Shown piece by piece: positions 58,978 through 64,000 of a DNA stretch of 64,000 nucleotides. The stretch covers positions 2,176,001-2,240,000 of the forward strand of contig OZ242195.1 of NCBI GenBank assembly GCA_965205975.1, read 5' to 3'. The stretch is from Candidatus Latescibacterota bacterium. GTDB taxonomy: Bacteria > Latescibacterota > UBA2968. Numbering within the stretch: position 1 is the stretch's first letter; every line of letters starts with the position of its first letter. The translations under genes and the position numbers were made by a program. Under the pieces are notes generated by a model. It was given only the letters and a program-made list of their open reading frames with translations. It made no database searches and was not told the DNA's origin.

Positions 58978-59214
58978 TTGGGAATCGAGCGACACCCAAT
59001 ATCGGGAAATTACTTTATCATAGCTGCTCGTCAGGGAGCTATCGCGGAGATTACGCCGGGTGGCCGGGTCGTTGCAGTCAGAGAGTTTCCTGCCCAGTGG
59101 CATCGTCAGGCTGAAGGTATTACCTTCGCTGCGGACGGCACGCTAATAATTGCCGATGAAGGCGCGGGGAAGAGAGCGAGACTAACCCTTTATCCGGTCT
59201 CGGATAGTCAATAA
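58978..59214 (+). pseudogene. C-terminal remnant of an SdiA-regulated/YjiK-like beta-propeller gene
   Basis: GIERHP..G, HRQAEGITF..DGTLIIADEG; N-terminal part is absent. Confidence 0.7.
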
Positions 59215-59263
59215 CAACAGTATAAACCCAACCTGCATCCATAACTAAAAAACAGGACACGCA

Positions 59264-60751
59264 ATGGCACATTCAAAACCCAACCTGCTATACATCCACT
59301 CCGACCAGCACGACCCTTATGTGACGGGCTGTTACGGCGACAAAGTCGTACAAACCCCCCATCTCGACAGCCTCGCGGCAAATGGCGTTGTATTTGAAAA
59401 CTGCTATTGCCCCTCGCCGATATGCGTGCCCTCGCGCATGTCCATGTTATCGGGACGCTATCCCTTTGAAAACGAAGTATGGACAAACTCCCATAGTCTC
59501 AACTCGAGCATTCCCACATTTGCCCATGCAATGGGCGCAGGCGGTTACGACCCCGTGCTCGTCGGACGCATGCATTCCAATGGACCGGATCAGCTACACG
59601 GATACGCCCAGCGCCTCGTAGGCGACCACGGGCCCAATCATCCCGGTGGCGGCGGCGTCAACCACGGAATGCTCTCGGGCACAGCGGGTCCTGCCCGCGT
59701 CAGCCTGACGAAATCGGGTATCGGGCAAAGCGCGTATCAGGTACACGACGAAGACGTAACCGCAGCAACCGTTGCATACCTCGACCGTCTGGGCGTAAAA
59801 AAACGCGCGGGACAACCTTCAGAGCCTTTCTCTCTAACCGTTGGGTATATGCTCCCCCACCAGCCATTTGTCGCGCGCCGCGCCGACTACGAACGCTACG
59901 ATGGCCGCGTACCGCCCCCCACTATCTCTGTCCCTTTCTCAGATGACCTGCATCCCCACATCAAATCCTGGCGAGAACGCTGCGGTATTAAAACCGTCAC
60001 AGAAGCCGAAATCCACCGCGCGCGCACCGCATACTGGGCACTCGTTGACCGCATGGATTACATGATCGGACAGATCCTCACAGCCCTCCGCCAAAACGAT
60101 TTAATCGATAATACCCTCGTCATTTACATGTCAGACCACGGCGAACAAGCCGGCGAACACGGCCTGTGGTGGAAACAAACCTTCTACGAACACTCAGTCA
60201 AAGTACCCGCCATCCTCTCCTGGCCCGGTCACCTGCCCGAAGGCACGCGCTTTGACAACGTCATCTCTTCTCTCGACCTCAACGCCACCATGATCGACGC
60301 CCTGCAATGTCCCGAACTCCCCCACTCTCGCGGGCGTTCACTCCTGCCCCTTATGCGCGGCGAAAACACATCCTGGGACAACCTCGCCTTCTCCGAATTT
60401 TGTCAGGACAGAGCGGGAGGAGGAGGCCCCTTCTCCGCCGAAGGCGTGTACCAGCGCATGATTCGGCAGGACGAATGGAAATTCAATTACTACCACAATC
60501 AACCCTGCCAACTCTTCAACCTGAAAGAAGACCCCAACGAATTGCACGATCGCGCAAATGACCCGTCCTGTCAAAGCCTGATCAAAAATTTCACCACCCG
60601 CATCCTCAATGGCTGGGATCCCGACGCCATCGCATCCCAACTCGCCGCCCGCAACAGAGACTCCCGCATCCTCTCGGCATGGGCACGCCACACCAAACCC
60701 GCAGATACGATCCGCTGGGACTTGCGCCCCGAAATGGATTATCTGGAATAG
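59264..60751 (+). CDS. Sulfatase (choline-sulfatase-like)
   Basis: KPNLLYIHSDQH, CVPSR, GRMH, SDHGE, WWKQTFYE. Confidence 0.93.
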   Translation: MAHSKPNLLYIHSDQHDPYVTGCYGDKVVQTPHLDSLAANGVVFENCYCPSPICVPSRMSMLSGRYPFENEVWTNSHSLNSSIPTFAHAMGAGGYDPVLVGRMHSNGPDQLHGYAQRLVGDHGPNHPGGGGVNHGMLSGTAGPARVSLTKSGIGQSAYQVHDEDVTAATVAYLDRLGVKKRAGQPSEPFSLTVGYMLPHQPFVARRADYERYDGRVPPPTISVPFSDDLHPHIKSWRERCGIKTVTEAEIHRARTAYWALVDRMDYMIGQILTALRQNDLIDNTLVIYMSDHGEQAGEHGLWWKQTFYEHSVKVPAILSWPGHLPEGTRFDNVISSLDLNATMIDALQCPELPHSRGRSLLPLMRGENTSWDNLAFSEFCQDRAGGGGPFSAEGVYQRMIRQDEWKFNYYHNQPCQLFNLKEDPNELHDRANDPSCQSLIKNFTTRILNGWDPDAIASQLAARNRDSRILSAWARHTKPADTIRWDLRPEMDYLE

Positions 60752-60759
60752 CGGTGCCT

Positions 60760-61902
60760 ATGAAAACCGAATTCACCAGACTCGATTTGGCCTGTTGGGG
60801 CGGGTTTATGATGTTCGCCACCAGCGGTGTCGTCACCCCAATATGCCTGCCTGAAATATCCAGAGCCCTATCCATCTCCCTCTCTGAAAGCGGCGGTCTG
60901 GAAACCGCGCGAACATGTCTCTTGCTCGTCGTCTTAATCCTGTCCGGCATCCTCGCGCGCAAATGGGGCAAAAAACATTTTGTGACCTATGGGCAATATC
61001 TCCTCGCCATCGGCCTCCTCATGATCAGCTATGCCGACAGCTATCCCATGCTCATCCTGTCCCTCATGGTCACTGGCATTGGCGGTGGATTCACCGAAGC
61101 CCTCATCAATCCCCTCGTCATCGACATTCACCCCAAAGACTCGGGCAAATACCTCAACATCACCAACGCCTTTTATCCCATCGGCGTCCTGGTCTCCGCG
61201 CTCCTCTTTGGCGAACTCCTGACCCTTGGATATTCCTGGCGGCTCGTGTTTCGCATTGCCGCAGCGGGCGCGCTTTTCATGGGCATCTCGTTCCACCTGT
61301 CGCGTTTTCCCATCCCCGTAACAGATCAGCAATCATCCAAACACCTGATTGCACAAATTCTCAAAACCCCCAAATTCTGGCTCTTTGCCATCGCCATATT
61401 TTTGGGCGCAGGTATCGAAGCGGCATTCACATTCTGGAGCCGCAGCTATGTGGAAACCTACCTCCAGGACATGCCCCGCGCTGGCGCAATCGCAGTTGTC
61501 CTCTTTGCGATCACAATGGCACTGGGCCGCTTGCTCTCCGCAAAATTGTCCCAGATGATCAGCCTGAAAACCCTTATGCTCGGTTCCGCCATCCTCGGTG
61601 TTGTCGTCAGCAGCGGCATACCCTTCTCCGAAAACCTGATCGGATTTTACATCCTGCTCCTTTTCGCTGGATTTGCAACCGCCTGCTTCTGGCCCACCAT
61701 ACTCGCCGAAGCAGCGGCACACTTGTCCTTTGACACCACCATGCTCTTTGTAATACTCGCCTGCTTTGGCATCGCCGGATTTGGCCTCATCCCCTGGATC
61801 ATGGGTGTTATCGGAGACGCCGCTGACCTGAAAGCGGGCTTCTCTATTATCCCCGGTCTCTTTGTCGGCTTAATCGTAGTAATCGCCATCACAAAGCGTT
61901 AA
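60760..61902 (+). CDS. MFS transporter (FucP/TsgA-like)
   Basis: About 12 TM segments; G.LARKWGKK; MALGR. Confidence 0.85.
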   Translation: MKTEFTRLDLACWGGFMMFATSGVVTPICLPEISRALSISLSESGGLETARTCLLLVVLILSGILARKWGKKHFVTYGQYLLAIGLLMISYADSYPMLILSLMVTGIGGGFTEALINPLVIDIHPKDSGKYLNITNAFYPIGVLVSALLFGELLTLGYSWRLVFRIAAAGALFMGISFHLSRFPIPVTDQQSSKHLIAQILKTPKFWLFAIAIFLGAGIEAAFTFWSRSYVETYLQDMPRAGAIAVVLFAITMALGRLLSAKLSQMISLKTLMLGSAILGVVVSSGIPFSENLIGFYILLLFAGFATACFWPTILAEAAAHLSFDTTMLFVILACFGIAGFGLIPWIMGVIGDAADLKAGFSIIPGLFVGLIVVIAITKR

Positions 61903-63426
61903 TCACTCTGGCGGCCAAACCGTTTCCTTTGTATATGCCTCTTTCAAATCGCGCCAATAGCGCCTACCCTTGTGAACCAGATTTGTCGGCGCAAACCGCT
62001 TGTTCAAACCCTTCTCGTGACTCGACCGCCCCGTATCGGTCCGATATTGCAACGTGAACCGCATCAATTGTGCGAGCAAATCAAAACGCACATCTGCATA
62101 CGCTGGATCGGCCCAAACATTTTCGATCTCACCCGGATCATTGCGGTGATCGTACAACTCTCCCTCCTCCAATCCCCCGTAAAACACCAGCCGAAAATCG
62201 CGCGTGCGAATCGCCGACACCTTGCCCCCGGGATTGCCCCAATCCCACTCGCAAAACGCCGCGTCTTTTCCATCTGCCCTGCCATTCACAATGGGAATCA
62301 AATCGCGCCCATCGCGCCCATCGGGAATGGGAATATCGCAGAGACGGCACAGCGTGGGATACCAATCGACCGATTCTACAATCTCATCACACCTCACGCC
62401 CGACGGACCACCCGGATAGCGCAACACAAAAGGAATGCGGTGAATCGAATCATAAATCCCAAAATTCTTGTGAAACAACCCGTGATCACCCGCAAAATCC
62501 CCGTGATCCGCGCAATACAACACCACGGTATTCTCCAACTCCCCTACCTCATCCAGATAATCCAGCACCCGCCCAATCTCGGAGTCAATCGCCGTAATCA
62601 GCGCGTAATAACTCGCCAAACAGCGCTTCAAGCGATCGGGATTTGGATCGGCCAGAGGATACCCACACTCATCGGCCAAACGCTCTTGCATAAACTCGGG
62701 CTTGCCGGCAAAGCGACGCTCAAAATAATCAATCGCACTATCGGGCAACACCATCTCATCCGGATTGTACATATCAAAATGCTCTGCCGCAGGCGCAATC
62801 GGCGCATGGGGCCTTTGAAAACTCATGTGCAAAAAAAACGGCCGCTCATCGTCTCGCTCCTTCAAAAACGCCAGCGACTCATTGCCCGTATAATGCTCAA
62901 TCGAATGCTGGTATGGCAATTTGGCTGGCGCACTGCCATCCATCGTATATTCCTGCCCGGGTCTGGCCGAGCCTTCTTCGTAAAAATCCGACAACCCCAG
63001 ATCTTCCAGATACTTAAAATAATGCGTCTCGGTCGGATCCAAATGCGTCGCATCGCACAAATCCGTATATCGGATGCGCTCAAAACCATCTTCATCCCAG
63101 CGCCGAACCATGTGCGCCTTGCCGATCACAGCCGTTTGATACCCATATCTCCGAAACTGACACGCCAGCGTATTGGGATTCGCCTCGGGAATCTCCGAAT
63201 GATCATTGCCAAACATCCGATGTGTGTGGCAATACTGCCCGGTCATAAAACAGATCCGCGACGGCGAACAAATTGGGTTATTGCAAAAAGCGCGTGTAAA
63301 CACCACGCCCTCATCCGCAATGCGGTCCATATTGGGAGTCTTGACATTTGGATGCGCGGCAAATCCCGTGCAATTGGCATTGTGCTGATCCGACATCAGC
63401 CACAAAACATTGGGTCTTCGCGCCAT
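61903..63426 (-). CDS. Sulfatase
   Basis: RPNVLWLMSDQH, CSPSR, GKAH, ADHGD, ELYDH..DPGE. Confidence 0.94.
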   Translation of the reverse strand: MARRPNVLWLMSDQHNANCTGFAAHPNVKTPNMDRIADEGVVFTRAFCNNPICSPSRICFMTGQYCHTHRMFGNDHSEIPEANPNTLACQFRRYGYQTAVIGKAHMVRRWDEDGFERIRYTDLCDATHLDPTETHYFKYLEDLGLSDFYEEGSARPGQEYTMDGSAPAKLPYQHSIEHYTGNESLAFLKERDDERPFFLHMSFQRPHAPIAPAAEHFDMYNPDEMVLPDSAIDYFERRFAGKPEFMQERLADECGYPLADPNPDRLKRCLASYYALITAIDSEIGRVLDYLDEVGELENTVVLYCADHGDFAGDHGLFHKNFGIYDSIHRIPFVLRYPGGPSGVRCDEIVESVDWYPTLCRLCDIPIPDGRDGRDLIPIVNGRADGKDAAFCEWDWGNPGGKVSAIRTRDFRLVFYGGLEEGELYDHRNDPGEIENVWADPAYADVRFDLLAQLMRFTLQYRTDTGRSSHEKGLNKRFAPTNLVHKGRRYWRDLKEAYTKETVWPPE

Positions 63427-63530
63427 AAATTTCTCCTTTCCAAGTGTATGTGTTTGCAGACTATGAGATAAAGCATTAAATTGTTCCGGTTAGATGAAAA
63501 TGAATCGATCTCTTGCATAGGAAAAACACC

Positions 63531-64000
63531 ATGTTTTTTGACAACATCGCGCTCGGCGTACCCAAAATTTTGCTCCCAAACCCGGAAATCGATTGCAGCA
63601 AATGGGCAGTCATCGCTTGTGACCAGTATGTACACGACATATCGTATTGGGAAGAAGTTAAAAGCATTGTGGGAGACACGCCTTCAACCCTGGACCTCAT
63701 CTATCCCGAAGTCTATCTCTACGACGACGAACACGAAGAACGCATTGCCCGCGTACACAACAACATGAAACGCTTTGTCACCAATGGCATTTTCCGCGAC
63801 GAAACCGAAGGCTTTTTGCTCGTCGATCGCATTTTGCCCTCGGGAAAATCGCGCAAAGGACTTGTCGTAACCCTCGACCTCGAACATTACGACAGCCGCA
63901 GCCAGTCCAAAACCCTCATCCGCACAACCGAGGGCACCTATCCCAAAAACCTCGAAGCGCGTTTTGAAGTTCGAGGCAACGCCTCCCTCGAATCCCCGCA
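63531..64000 (+). CDS. DUF1015 family protein, runs off the window end
   Basis: Manual translation MFFDNIALGVPKILLP...KWAVIACDQY...YW...PSTL.LI.PE...LIR.TEGT. Confidence 0.8.
   Translation, partial: MFFDNIALGVPKILLPNPEIDCSKWAVIACDQYVHDISYWEEVKSIVGDTPSTLDLIYPEVYLYDDEHEERIARVHNNMKRFVTNGIFRDETEGFLLVDRILPSGKSRKGLVVTLDLEHYDSRSQSKTLIRTTEGTYPKNLEARFEVRGNASLESP

Noticed and set aside
57790..59260. Possible integron cassette array
   Set aside because: No convincing attC (RYYTAAC...GTTRRRY) pair and no integrase seen.
61972..63471. 499-aa plus-strand ORF
   Set aside because: Antisense shadow of a clear sulfatase, with unnatural R/I/Q-rich composition.
1..64000. tRNA, rRNA, IS or prophage elements
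   Set aside because: No cloverleaf, transposase, integrase or phage structural gene recognised by eye; not excluded without tools.

Overview
Gene-dense bacterial chromosomal window (about 50 CDS; no rRNA, tRNA, CRISPR array or transposase recognised). Multiple sulfatases, PhyH dioxygenases, Gfo/Idh/MocA oxidoreductases, an Oar-type TonB receptor and an EF-hand + YVTN propeller protein suggest a diderm marine heterotroph, possibly Latescibacterota-like (inference only). Backbone genes include mdh, msrA, prlC, a class I mannose-6-phosphate isomerase, a GH29 fucosidase, an MscS channel and a GAF-kinase/LuxR pair. Several visibly AT-richer inserts interrupt the backbone: (1) a 1-10 kb export locus (ABC exporter, MFP, two RND permeases); (2) an M16 peptidase pair; (3) a tiny toxin/immunity-like gene pair inside a glycan-use operon; (4) a 42-52 kb defence-like patch with a type IIG R-M fusion, an unannotated 2TM + beta-sandwich two-gene operon (best candidate for an undescribed system), a PIN-toxin remnant, an AAA/DUF4143 ATPase, an orphan McrC-like nuclease and VapBC; (5) a frameshifted secreted-protein gene abutting a truncated SdiA-regulated gene. 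A recurring non-coding pattern is small palindromic or tandem-repeat elements, several flanked by short duplications of the neighbouring gene end, one apparently inserted in frame into an antitoxin. All family calls are from motif recognition by eye, not database searches.
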